From an uncultured Bacilli bacterium (lineage in GTDB: Bacteria; Bacillota_I; Bacilli_A; RFN20; CAG-826): a DNA stretch of 64,000 nucleotides. The stretch lies in contig CALVSB010000006.1 of the NCBI GenBank assembly GCA_944358895.1, forward strand, positions 8,573-72,572, given 5' to 3'. This document shows positions 26,695-35,954 of the stretch, one piece after another. A model generated the notes under the pieces. The model saw only the letters and a program-made list of their open reading frames with translations. It ran no database searches and was not told where the DNA came from. The first letter of the stretch is position 1. Every line of letters begins with the position of its first letter. The position numbers and the translations under genes are program-made.

Positions 26695-27171
26695 ATGGCA
26701 AAGAAAAAGGACAGCGGCCTGCTTCTCGAGAACCGGCGGGCCCATTACGAATACTTCCTCTCGGACTTCCTGACGGCCGGGCTCGTCCTGACCGGGACGG
26801 AAATCAAGTCGCTGCGTCGCCGCGACGCTTCGATCAGCGACGCCTACGTTTTCGTGCGCGACGGGGAAGCCTACGTTGCCAACATGCACATCGCTCCCTA
26901 CAAGGAGGGGAACATTTTCAACGTCGACCACCTCCGGGACCGGAAGCTCCTCCTCAACAAGAAGGAAATAGCGAAACTGGGCGCTTCGCTCAAAGAAGGA
27001 GGTCTGACCTGCGTTCCGACCAAATGTTTCCTTTTCCATGGCCGGGCCAAACTCGAAATTGCCTTGGCCAAGGGCAAGAAACTCTACGACAAACGCCAAT
27101 CGATCAAGGAAAGAGACCTTTCGAGGCGGATCAAGGATGCCCGCAACAGCGGCGGATCGTCTGAGAATTAG
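26695..27171 (+). CDS. smpB: SsrA-binding protein
   Basis: LENRRAHYEYFL, GTEIKSLR and a basic C-terminal tail. Start at ATG 26695, 9 nt after TATAAT (26680-26685). Confidence 0.95.
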   Translation: MAKKKDSGLLLENRRAHYEYFLSDFLTAGLVLTGTEIKSLRRRDASISDAYVFVRDGEAYVANMHIAPYKEGNIFNVDHLRDRKLLLNKKEIAKLGASLKEGGLTCVPTKCFLFHGRAKLEIALAKGKKLYDKRQSIKERDLSRRIKDARNSGGSSEN

Positions 27172-28404
27172 ATGAATTACGCTTCCGCCCTCGCTTATCT
27201 AAGGTCCATCGACCTCACGATGGTCCGTTACGAACGTTCCCATTTCGACGCCTTCGTGAAGGACAAGGGCCTTTCCCTCAAAGTTCCCTTCATCCACATC
27301 GCCGGCAGCAACGGCAAAGGCTCAACGGCCTCTTTTCTCTACCGTTCCTATCTAGCGGCCGGCTACAAAGCGGCTCTTTTCTCGAAGCCGTTCCTCTATG
27401 AAGAGAAGGAAATGATTTCCTACCTCGGGCGGGACATTGCCGACGAGGTCTTCGCTTCCTACGTCGAAAAGATGAAGGGTGACTTCCAGAAATATTCGCT
27501 GAGTGCTTTCGAAGCCCTCGTCGCGGTGGCCTACACCTATTTCAATGACGTCAAGCCGGACATCGCGATCATCGAAACGGGGATGGGCGGCAGGCTCGAC
27601 GCGACGAACATCGAAGGGGCTATTCCGGTCCTTTCGATCGTCACCAGCGTCTCCCTGGAGCACACGCGCTTCCTGGGCGACTCGATTTCCTCGATAGCAT
27701 CGCATAAAGCGGGGATTATCAAAAATGACGTGCCTTTATTGATGGGGGAAGTGCCTTTTGAGGCCCGAAAAGTGCTCGAAATCGAGGCTCGAAAGAAAAA
27801 TTCGCCCGCAAAAGGCGTTTCTAATGTCCAAAACGTCCATTATGAGAGTCCCTATCTTTCCTTTGATTACGGACCCTATCGGAATCTTCTCATCCCGTCG
27901 ATGGCCACCTATTTAGCCATCGACGCAGCGATGGCCATCGAGGCTTTGCTCATGCTCCGCCTCTCTTTCCCGGTTTCAGAGCGGGCCCTTCGCGAAGGCC
28001 TCATGAAAGGCGTCCTTCCTTGCCGAATGGAAAGCCATCCTCCTTTTATCTTCGACGGAGCCCACAACCCGGAAGCGGCCCAAGCATTGGCGGCTTCTTT
28101 GTCCGCGGCTCTTCCGAAGAAGCCGGTTTTGGTCTTTGCTTCCTTCAAAGACAAGAACGTTGCCGAGGAACTCAAGATCCTAGCGCCGGCCTTCGAAGAG
28201 ATTCATCTCACTACTTTTGCCCACAAACGAGCGATGGGGCGATCCGACTTTGCCTACAAAGGCGTCCATTATCCCTTCGACGATGATGTATCGAGCCTTG
28301 TTTCCCACCTGCTTACGAAATGGAGCGACCGGCGCATTGTCTTTGCCGGTTCCATCGCCTTTGCTTCCTATGCCCGGAAGCTCTTTGGAGGAGAAGAAAT
28401 ATGA
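27172..28404 (+). CDS. folC: Folylpolyglutamate synthase / dihydrofolate synthase
   Basis: HIAGSNGKGST P-loop, Mur-ligase family layout. Confidence 0.9.
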   Translation: MNYASALAYLRSIDLTMVRYERSHFDAFVKDKGLSLKVPFIHIAGSNGKGSTASFLYRSYLAAGYKAALFSKPFLYEEKEMISYLGRDIADEVFASYVEKMKGDFQKYSLSAFEALVAVAYTYFNDVKPDIAIIETGMGGRLDATNIEGAIPVLSIVTSVSLEHTRFLGDSISSIASHKAGIIKNDVPLLMGEVPFEARKVLEIEARKKNSPAKGVSNVQNVHYESPYLSFDYGPYRNLLIPSMATYLAIDAAMAIEALLMLRLSFPVSERALREGLMKGVLPCRMESHPPFIFDGAHNPEAAQALAASLSAALPKKPVLVFASFKDKNVAEELKILAPAFEEIHLTTFAHKRAMGRSDFAYKGVHYPFDDDVSSLVSHLLTKWSDRRIVFAGSIAFASYARKLFGGEEI

Positions 28405-29168
28405 AACCCATTTACATGTCGCCGGGACGAAAGCTTGCCTACGGATCCCTTTTCTTGGCGCTGGCAATCGTTTCGACCGGCGTCTTCAAATTGATACCGA
28501 TGGGAAACCTGTACTTCCTGCGCTTTTCTTTGACCCCGTCGATCATTGTTTTCGCTTCCCTTTTCCTCGGCCCCGTCTACGGAGCAGCGGTGGGCGGGCT
28601 TAGCGATCTAATTCCGGCCTTCCTCGTCCCGACGGGCGAATGGAACTTCTTGATTACGATCGTGTATGTCCTTTTTGGGACATTGCCCTGGTGCGTCAAC
28701 GCATTGCTCAAAAAGTATCGATTCCTTAACAGTTCGTTGTCCTTGGTCATCATGTCCTTGGCCGCGACGCTGGTTTTCTATGGTTACGCGATCGCCGAAG
28801 GCGGCCTCCACGCTTTCTTTGGCGAGCAAAGCGACATCTTAACCCCAATAATTCTAGTCCTTGTGGCATTACTCAATGTTGGAGGCTCACTCCTTGCTTT
28901 CCTAAAGCTGAGAAAGCGTCCGATGAAGCGGGCTCTCCTTCTCGACGTTGCGGCAGTCGAACTGCTGGTTGGGTCATTGTTGAAGGCATTGGCTTTCTAT
29001 CTCTACCTTACTCTTTTGGCCAGCTCGCCCTCCCCACTGCCGTTTGTCTTCATCCTTGCCATGCTGTTGATGGGGCTTCCTTTGAACATCGCCTTGGATT
29101 ATTTTTTCGTCAATGTATACGTTTCCGTGGCTTCAAAACTCGGCTTGAATCATGTAGAGGATGACTAG
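28401..29168 (+). CDS. Membrane protein, probable ECF transporter S component (folate family suggested by context)
   Basis: ATG overlaps the folC stop (ATGA). Multi-TM with an LGPVYGAAVGGLSDL block typical of ECF S components. Confidence 0.55.
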   Translation: MKPIYMSPGRKLAYGSLFLALAIVSTGVFKLIPMGNLYFLRFSLTPSIIVFASLFLGPVYGAAVGGLSDLIPAFLVPTGEWNFLITIVYVLFGTLPWCVNALLKKYRFLNSSLSLVIMSLAATLVFYGYAIAEGGLHAFFGEQSDILTPIILVLVALLNVGGSLLAFLKLRKRPMKRALLLDVAAVELLVGSLLKALAFYLYLTLLASSPSPLPFVFILAMLLMGLPLNIALDYFFVNVYVSVASKLGLNHVEDD

Positions 29169-29336
29169 ATGGCAAAAGGTGAAGATAAAAGGGTGGAAAA
29201 AGAGCCCGATTTAGAACCCGAAATGACGCCGGAAGAAAAGCAAAAAGAGCGCGTTTTCTATGTCAAATGGGGCTTATTTTTTGGAATTTTGCTCATTCTG
29301 ATGCTCACTTGTCTCATTGCCATTTTTGCCCTCTGA
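29169..29336 (+). CDS. Small membrane protein, 55 aa (not in ORF track)
   Basis: ATG immediately after the preceding stop. Charged N-terminus MAKGEDKRVEKEPDLEPEMTPEEKQKE then one TM helix WGLFFGILLILMLTCLIAIFAL. Followed by a hairpin and a 16-nt palindrome. Confidence 0.4.
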   Translation: MAKGEDKRVEKEPDLEPEMTPEEKQKERVFYVKWGLFFGILLILMLTCLIAIFAL

Positions 29337-29467
29337 ACATCTTTTTGCTCAAAAATCAACGTGCCTGTTTTTGAGGCAAACTTTTTAAAAAGTTGGCAAA
29401 ATCGGCTTTACAATGCTTGAAATCCCATTCTAGTTCGTCAATGATAAGTCTGGGCACGGAATTTACT

Positions 29468-29818
29468 ATGGACTTTAACAAACCTCGCCGCAGCAATGCG
29501 GTATACGTCGACCTCAAAGGTCGGAAACTAATCTCCGGGCGCAACGCTCAGCTTTTCACCCCGCATGAATGGACGATTCTCGTAGCCCTATGGAATTGCA
29601 TGCCGCATGCCGCCAAACGCAGCGATCTCATCAAAGCCATCTGGGGCGACGTCACCAGCGACAAAGCCACAAGGACGGTCGATGTCCACATTGCGGCCAT
29701 CCGGAAGAAACTCAGTTCCATCGACGTTGGGTCGATCGACTCGATCTATGGTCTTGGCTATCGATTCATCCCCGGTCGCAAGAAGCTGATCTTCAGCGAC
29801 TCCGAAAAGGAGATTTGA
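29468..29818 (+). CDS. Stand-alone OmpR/PhoB-type winged-helix DNA-binding protein (no receiver domain)
   Basis: LFTPHEWTILVALW, RTVDVHIAAIRKKL and YGLGYRF blocks of Trans_reg_C. Start at MDFNK is inferred. Confidence 0.6.
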   Translation: MDFNKPRRSNAVYVDLKGRKLISGRNAQLFTPHEWTILVALWNCMPHAAKRSDLIKAIWGDVTSDKATRTVDVHIAAIRKKLSSIDVGSIDSIYGLGYRFIPGRKKLIFSDSEKEI

Positions 29819-29841
29819 GGCCTGAAAAAGGCCTTTTCTTT
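29818..29841 (+). terminator. Probable rho-independent terminator
   Basis: AGGCC-TGAAAAA-GGCCT followed by TTTTCTTT. Confidence 0.5.
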
Positions 29842-29899
29842 AAACGATGTCCAATTGCCTCCCCTTGATGAAAGAGGCCGGCGGAAAGACAATCTTGCC

Positions 29900-30058
29900 A
29901 TGAGCAACGACAAGCTTCCCATCAAAGAACGCTACTTCGAAGGAGATGACTCCTTCACCAAGGATTACGTGAAGAGCCTCGATACCAACGACGTGCGTTT
30001 CTGGGACGCTTACGCCAAGGCCATCGATCAATACGTTTCCGCCAAAAAGGAAAAGTAG
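29900..30058 (+). CDS. Hypothetical small protein, 52 aa
   Basis: ORF between two terminators, no SD, no family recognised. Confidence 0.3.
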   Translation: MSNDKLPIKERYFEGDDSFTKDYVKSLDTNDVRFWDAYAKAIDQYVSAKKEK

Positions 30059-30075
30059 TTCCCTTCATTCGCTGA

Positions 30076-30100
30076 CGGGGTTTCGACCCCGTTTTCTTTT
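30076..30100 (+). terminator. Rho-independent terminator
   Basis: CGGGGT-TTCG-ACCCCG followed by TTTTCTTTT. Confidence 0.8.
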
Positions 30101-30212
30101 GCGTTGCGTTCTGGACGTAAAAAAACACTTGTGACAGTCTGAAATCGCTAATTTGTTCGTTTTCCGGTCCTTTTATCTTTTTAATTTCCGGCCTCGGGGT
30201 TAATCTATCAGC

Positions 30213-31850
30213 ATGGAACAAAGCAAGCTTTGGCAAAAAGGAATCGTTTACCAGATCTACCCGCGCTCTTTTGCCGACTCCAACGGGGATGGAATCGGCG
30301 ACATCCCGGGAATCATTTCGAAACTCGACTATTTGAAGTCCCTTGGAATTTCCATCCTTTGGCTTTCCCCCGTTTACCCGACCCCCAACGCCGACTTCGG
30401 CTATGACATCTCGGATTACATGGGCATCAATCCCGAGTTCGGGACAATGGACGACTTCGACCGCCTCATCAAGGAAGCCAAGAAGCGGGGCATCCGCATC
30501 GTGATGGATCTCGTCGTCAACCACACCTCGGACGAGCACCCCTGGTTCAAGGCCAGCAAGGACGCCAATTCCCCTTATCACGAGTATTACATCTACAAGA
30601 AAGGCCCTAGGCCTGGGGTTCCGCCCAATAACTGGACGAGCAACTTCGGAGGGCCGGCCTGGGAGTACGTTCCCGAGATCGACGAGTGGTATCTGCACCT
30701 TTTTTCCAAAAAGCAGCCCGACCTCAACTGGCGGAGCGAGAAAGTGATCGAGGAGGTGGAGAAGGTTCTCCGCTTTTGGCTCGATAGAGGCGTCTATGGC
30801 TTCCGCTGCGACGTCATCAACCAAATCTACAAAGAGTCGTTCGAAGACGGCAAATGGAAGCCTTGGCTCATCGGGCAGGAACGCTACCTCATGAAGGAGG
30901 GCAACCACGCGATCCTCAAACGCCTCCACGACGATGTCTTTGCCCACTACGACTGCATGACCGTCGGGGAAACCTACAACGTCGATTTCAAGAATGCCCG
31001 GCGCTTCATGGACGGGGAACTCGACATGGTCTTCCAGTTCGACACGATGAATGCCGACAAGGTCATCGTCCCGATCTTCGTGACGAAGCGGTGGCACAAG
31101 AAATTCAAGAAGACCCTCTCCGATTGGGAAGAGCAGGTCAACTGGAACGCCGTTTACCTCGAGAACCATGACCAGAAACGCTCGGTCTCCCGCTTCGGCA
31201 GCAAGACGAAACACGACCTTTCGGCCAAAATGCTGGCCACTCTTCTCTTGACCCTGAAGGGAACTCCTTTCATTTACCAGGGCGAGGAAATCGGGATGGA
31301 GGACTATCCCCTCTTCAAGAAGAAGGAGTACAAAGACCCGGTCAATTTCTGGCTCTACGGGCTCCTAAGGAAGTTCCACTTCTCCGACAAGCAGTGCCTG
31401 CGCTTCGTCAACAACATGAACCGCGACCATGCGCGGACCCCGATGCAGTGGGACGATGGCCCGGCGGCCGGCTTTTCGAGCAACCAGGCGACGTGGCTGC
31501 CGGTCAATCCCAACTACAAGAAGTACAACGTGAAGGCCGAGGAAGCGAATCCGGACAGCGTCCTTTCCTACTACCGGAAGCTGATCAAACTTCGTTCGAG
31601 CGACGAGGTCCTCGTCCTCGGCTCTTACGAAAAGATGGACACCAAATCCTCGATCTTTGCCTATTACCGCCTCTACGGGGGCAAGATGCATTTCGTCCTC
31701 CTCAATCTCACCGACCGGCGGGTAACCCTTCCGAAAGCCATCCGGGAAATGAAAGGGAAGGTCCTCCTCAGCAACTACGAAGGGGCGGGCTTCACCTACA
31801 AGAAGTTCCTGCGCCCCTACGAGTCGTTGATTGTCGATCTAAGCGAATAA
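30213..31850 (+). CDS. GH13 alpha-glucosidase / oligo-1,6-glucosidase family
   Basis: QIYPRSFADSNGDGIGD, GFRCDVIN nucleophile region, TVGE acid/base, YLENHDQ. Confidence 0.9.
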   Translation: MEQSKLWQKGIVYQIYPRSFADSNGDGIGDIPGIISKLDYLKSLGISILWLSPVYPTPNADFGYDISDYMGINPEFGTMDDFDRLIKEAKKRGIRIVMDLVVNHTSDEHPWFKASKDANSPYHEYYIYKKGPRPGVPPNNWTSNFGGPAWEYVPEIDEWYLHLFSKKQPDLNWRSEKVIEEVEKVLRFWLDRGVYGFRCDVINQIYKESFEDGKWKPWLIGQERYLMKEGNHAILKRLHDDVFAHYDCMTVGETYNVDFKNARRFMDGELDMVFQFDTMNADKVIVPIFVTKRWHKKFKKTLSDWEEQVNWNAVYLENHDQKRSVSRFGSKTKHDLSAKMLATLLLTLKGTPFIYQGEEIGMEDYPLFKKKEYKDPVNFWLYGLLRKFHFSDKQCLRFVNNMNRDHARTPMQWDDGPAAGFSSNQATWLPVNPNYKKYNVKAEEANPDSVLSYYRKLIKLRSSDEVLVLGSYEKMDTKSSIFAYYRLYGGKMHFVLLNLTDRRVTLPKAIREMKGKVLLSNYEGAGFTYKKFLRPYESLIVDLSE

Positions 31851-32002
31851 TAGCCGCAAAAAGCCATTGTTTTATTTGAAAAAAAGTTAAGCGGATTTTG
31901 ATGCGCTCGCTTTTGACTCGAACCGGCTTCTCTTTAGAGAAGAGAAACCCGGCTCTTTGTTGTATACTTCCCTAGCCTAAGCCGGGCTTAGGGGGATTTT
32001 TT

Positions 32003-32485
32003 ATGGAAGAACACCGCAAAGACTATCTAAGCTGGGACGAATACTTCATGGGCATTGCCCTCCTTTCGTCGATGCGGAGCAAAGATCCCTCGACCCAAGT
32101 CGGCGCCTGCATCGTCGATAGCGACAAGAAGGTCGTCTCGATCGGCTATAACGGCATGCCGCGGGGGATCGACGACGACAAAATCCCCTGGGGCCACGGG
32201 GAAGGGCTCGAAAGCAAGTACCTCTACGTTTGCCATGCCGAATTCAACGCCATCCTCAATGCCCGGGGCGGGAGCAACTTGCGGGGCTGCACGATTTACG
32301 TGACGCTCTTCCCCTGCAACGAGTGCGCGAAAGCCATCATCCAGACCGGCATCAAGGAACTCGTCTACCTGAGCGACAAATACGCCGGCGGAACGATCTA
32401 CCTTGCCTCCCGGAAGCTCCTCGAGATGGCCGGGGTCAAAGTCCGGGCCTACGAAGGCAAGGCCTTGGAGATAAAAACCAAATGA
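32003..32485 (+). CDS. dCMP deaminase
   Basis: CHAEFNAI and PCNECAKAI zinc-binding motifs; ComEB/dCMP deaminase size. Confidence 0.9.
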   Translation: MEEHRKDYLSWDEYFMGIALLSSMRSKDPSTQVGACIVDSDKKVVSIGYNGMPRGIDDDKIPWGHGEGLESKYLYVCHAEFNAILNARGGSNLRGCTIYVTLFPCNECAKAIIQTGIKELVYLSDKYAGGTIYLASRKLLEMAGVKVRAYEGKALEIKTK

Positions 32486-32697
32486 ACCCACACTCGCCGC
32501 TCGGAAGACGGATCGTCATCTATCTGATCGTCATCTTCCTGATCCTCGGTTCCTGCTTTGGGATCGTCGCCGGAGCCGTCGGCTTCGACAACTGGGTATC
32601 CTATTTGATCCTCGGGATCGTCGCCTTCCTCATCCTGGCTCTTATCGCCGGAAACGAAATTTACATTTGGCTTTTGCGAAGGAAATCAAAGAAATGA
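32482..32697 (+). CDS. Small two-TM membrane protein, 71 aa
   Basis: ATG overlaps the deaminase stop (ATGA) and its own stop overlaps the ecfA1 start (ATGA). Two hydrophobic helices. Confidence 0.55.
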   Translation: MNPHSPLGRRIVIYLIVIFLILGSCFGIVAGAVGFDNWVSYLILGIVAFLILALIAGNEIYIWLLRRKSKK

Positions 32698-33518
32698 AAG
32701 CATTATCGGTCAACCATCTGTCCTTCGCGTACGCCGAAGGCGACCCCTTGGTCATCTCCGATCTCTCCTTCGATGTGGAGGAAGGGGAATACGTCTCCCT
32801 CATCGGGCATAACGGCTCGGGCAAATCGACCCTGGCCAAAGTCGTGACCGGGCTGTTAGGCTTCCGCTTCCAGGGGAGCGTCGAGGTTTTCGGCCTCTCT
32901 CTTTCCAAAAGCACTGTCCGCGAGGCGCGGAAGAACATCGGCCTCGTCTTCCAGAATCCCGACAACCAGTTCGTCGGCTCGACCGTCGAGGAAGACATTG
33001 CCTTCGGCCTCGAGAACCACTCGGTGCCCCGGGAGAAAATGCAGGGCATCATCGACACCTTCGCCAAGGAAGTCGGGATGGAAGCCTTCCTCAAGAAAGC
33101 GCCGGAAGGCCTTTCCGGCGGCCAGAAGCAGCGGGTGGCCATCGCCGGGGTCCTCGCGATGAATCCGCGCCTCCTCATCCTGGACGAGGCGACGAGCATG
33201 CTCGATCCCTCGGGCAAGAAAGAGATTCTTTCTCTCATTCATCGCCTCAAGAAGGAAAATCCATCCTTGGCCATCCTTTCGATCACCCACGACGTCGAAG
33301 AAGCGGCCAAAAGCGACAAGGTCATCGTCCTCAACGCGGGAAAGAAGATCGAGGAAGGGAAGCCGGTCGACGTCTTCAAAGACCAAAAAGCCCTCGAGGC
33401 CATCCGCCTCGACGCGCCGTTCGTCTATCGGCTGGCCAATGCCCTCCGGGAACGGGGGATCGACGTTCCGTCCGATATCGTGAGCGAAGATGCTCTTGCG
33501 AGGTGGTTATGCCGATAG
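32694..33518 (+). CDS. ecfA1: ECF transporter ATPase component 1
   Basis: GHNGSGKST, LSGGQKQR, LLILDEATSMLD. Position first in the ecfA-ecfA-ecfT module. Confidence 0.9.
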   Translation: MKALSVNHLSFAYAEGDPLVISDLSFDVEEGEYVSLIGHNGSGKSTLAKVVTGLLGFRFQGSVEVFGLSLSKSTVREARKNIGLVFQNPDNQFVGSTVEEDIAFGLENHSVPREKMQGIIDTFAKEVGMEAFLKKAPEGLSGGQKQRVAIAGVLAMNPRLLILDEATSMLDPSGKKEILSLIHRLKKENPSLAILSITHDVEEAAKSDKVIVLNAGKKIEEGKPVDVFKDQKALEAIRLDAPFVYRLANALRERGIDVPSDIVSEDALARWLCR

Positions 33519-34360
33519 CTTATAGGAACGTTTCCTTCGTTTACTCGGCCGGTTCGCCGTTCGAAAGCGCCGCCCTCCGGGGCATCGACTGCGCCATCGA
33601 GCCGGGTTCTTTCCTCGCCCTCGTCGGGCGGACGGGCTCGGGAAAATCGACGATGGTCCAGCTTCTCAACGCCCTTCTTGTCCCAACCGAAGGCGAAGTC
33701 GTGGTCGACGAGTACGTCAATTCGCCCGACAAAAAGCGGAGGACCAAGAAGCTTAAAGGCCTCCGGAAAAAAGTCGGTTACGTTTTCCAGTTCCCCGAAT
33801 ACCAGCTCTTCCTCGACACTGTCGAGAAGGACGTGGCCTACGGGCCGAAGAATTTCGGGGCGACCCCCGAGGAAGCCTTGAAGAAAGCCCACGAAGCCCT
33901 CGGCAAGGTCGGGCTCGATTCTTCTTTCTATGAACGCTCGCCCTTTGCCCTCTCGGGCGGAGAAAAGCGGAAGGTGGCCATGGCTGGGATTCTCGCGATG
34001 GAACCCGACGTTCTCGTCTTGGACGAACCGACGGCCGGCCTCGATCCCGAAGCCAGCCGCGAGATGATCGCCCTCTTCAAGGAAATCAATGCCCAAGGAA
34101 CGACGATTGTCCTCGTCTCCCACGACATGGACCTCGTCCTTGAATGCGCGACCCGCCTCATCGTCCTCGAGAACGGGAAGATCGTCAAAGACGGCGATCC
34201 TTCCTCCCTTTTCGAAGTCGATCTCGAAAGCTACGCCCTCGAGGAGCCGAAGGTCTTCGCCTTCGTCGACGCCTTGAGGAAACTCGGGATGTCGATTTCA
34301 CCCGACGGGATATCCAATGTCGAGACCCTCGCCGAGAAGATCAAGGAGGCCAAAAAATGA
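33509..34360 (+). CDS. ecfA2: ECF transporter ATPase component 2
   Basis: GRTGSGKST, LSGGEKRK, VLVLDEPTAGLD. ATG 33509 preferred over GTG 33503. Confidence 0.9.
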   Translation: MPIAYRNVSFVYSAGSPFESAALRGIDCAIEPGSFLALVGRTGSGKSTMVQLLNALLVPTEGEVVVDEYVNSPDKKRRTKKLKGLRKKVGYVFQFPEYQLFLDTVEKDVAYGPKNFGATPEEALKKAHEALGKVGLDSSFYERSPFALSGGEKRKVAMAGILAMEPDVLVLDEPTAGLDPEASREMIALFKEINAQGTTIVLVSHDMDLVLECATRLIVLENGKIVKDGDPSSLFEVDLESYALEEPKVFAFVDALRKLGMSISPDGISNVETLAEKIKEAKK

Positions 34361-35223
34361 GTACCTCCTTCGCGATGGGGCGTTACGTCCCTTATGACAC
34401 CTTCATCCATCGCCTCGATCCCCGGACGAAGATCTTGACCCTCGTCCTCTTCATGATCGCCATCTTCATGGGGCAGGCCACCTACGTGATGTCCTTCCTC
34501 GTGAGCGGCGTCATTCTCGTCATTGCCTTGGCCCTCTACATCCACAGCCGGATGAAGATCAAGACCCTCCTCAAGTCGATCATGACGATGTGGTTCATGA
34601 TTCTCTTCCTCCTCATTGTCTACATTTTCACTCCGCGTGATGCCTCGACTTCCCATCTGGCCTTCAGCCTCTGGGGCATCGATGTCTATTGGGAGGCCTT
34701 CCTCGACACGGCCCGGATCGTCCTCCGTCTCGTCCTCATGGTGATGTTCTCCCTCATCCTCACGGCCACGACGCGGCCGCTGGACCTCACGGATGCCCTC
34801 GAGTGGTACGTCTATCCGCTCAAATTCATCGGCTTCCCGACCCATATCTTCGCGATGATGCTTTCCTTGGCCCTCCGTTTCATCCCGACCATCATGGATG
34901 ACGTGAGCCGCATCATGAAAGCCCAGACCTCGCGCGGCGTCGACTATTCCCACGGCTCGATCGTGAGCAAGATCAAGGCGATGGTTTCCCTCATCGTCCC
35001 TCTCTTCGTCCAAGCCCTCGTCCGGAGCGACGAGCTGGCCAACGCCATGGAGTCGCGCGGCTACGATCCCAACGCCAAGCGGACCCGTTACCGGAAGCTT
35101 TCCTTTCATCTCGGCGATCTCTTCTCGGCCGTGGCGGTGGCCGCATTTGCCGCCCTCGTCATGTACATCTCGATTTCCGGCTTCGATCCTTTCCTTGCCT
35201 GGGGCGGCATCGCGACATGGTGA
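34357..35223 (+). CDS. ecfT: ECF transporter transmembrane component
   Basis: Start MSTSFAMGRYVP overlaps the ecfA2 stop. Multi-TM, CbiQ/EcfT-type with MKAQTSRG and ESRGYD coupling-helix blocks. Confidence 0.9.
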   Translation: MSTSFAMGRYVPYDTFIHRLDPRTKILTLVLFMIAIFMGQATYVMSFLVSGVILVIALALYIHSRMKIKTLLKSIMTMWFMILFLLIVYIFTPRDASTSHLAFSLWGIDVYWEAFLDTARIVLRLVLMVMFSLILTATTRPLDLTDALEWYVYPLKFIGFPTHIFAMMLSLALRFIPTIMDDVSRIMKAQTSRGVDYSHGSIVSKIKAMVSLIVPLFVQALVRSDELANAMESRGYDPNAKRTRYRKLSFHLGDLFSAVAVAAFAALVMYISISGFDPFLAWGGIATW

Positions 35224-35954
35224 TCAAGGCGCGCGTCGCTTATCTCGGGCGAAATTTCCTCGGCTTCGAACGCCAGAAAGAAGGGCGGACGGTCCAAGGG
35301 ACGCTCGAGCAGGCCCTCAGCGACTACTTCGGGACGGAGATCCTCATCCAGGGCGCCGGGCGGACCGATGCCGGGGTGAATGCCGCGGGGCAGGTCGTCT
35401 CCTTTGTTTCGCCTCGGGACATCGAGAACTTCGAGCGGGAGAAGCGGGCCATCGACCGGCGGCTCCCCAAAGACCTGAGCCTTCTTTCCCTCGAGGAGGC
35501 TCCCTCGGGCTTCCATCCCCGGAAAAGCGCCAAGTTCAAGATCTATGCCTATCGTTTCTCCTTTGCCGAGCGTGACGTTTTTCAGCCCTCCGTCGCTTTC
35601 CTCGAGCGCGAGGACAAGTTCAACCTCACTCTCTTCGAGAAGACGCTGTCCCTTTTCGTCGGCCGCCACAACTTCGCTTCCTTCACGAGCAAGGACGTCG
35701 ATGCCCGGGGGTTCGTCCGGACCATCGAGGCGATCGACGTGGCCAACAAGGGAAAGGAGACGAGCGTCGTCTTCAAGGGCGATGGCTTTTTGACCTACCA
35801 AATCCGCTTCATCGTCGGGGCTGCCTTCAAGGTGGCCTACGGGGAACTGCCGCTCGAGGAGGTCGAAAAGCGGATCGACGCCGAGGAAAGGTCCATTCTC
35901 TCCTATAAAGCGCCGGCCGAAGGGCTTACCCTTGTCTACGTAGGATATGAATAA
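35217..35954 (+). CDS. truA: tRNA pseudouridine(38-40) synthase
   Basis: GAGRTDAGVNA catalytic Asp block, family-length match, canonical position after ecfT. Confidence 0.9.
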   Translation: MVIKARVAYLGRNFLGFERQKEGRTVQGTLEQALSDYFGTEILIQGAGRTDAGVNAAGQVVSFVSPRDIENFEREKRAIDRRLPKDLSLLSLEEAPSGFHPRKSAKFKIYAYRFSFAERDVFQPSVAFLEREDKFNLTLFEKTLSLFVGRHNFASFTSKDVDARGFVRTIEAIDVANKGKETSVVFKGDGFLTYQIRFIVGAAFKVAYGELPLEEVEKRIDAEERSILSYKAPAEGLTLVYVGYE

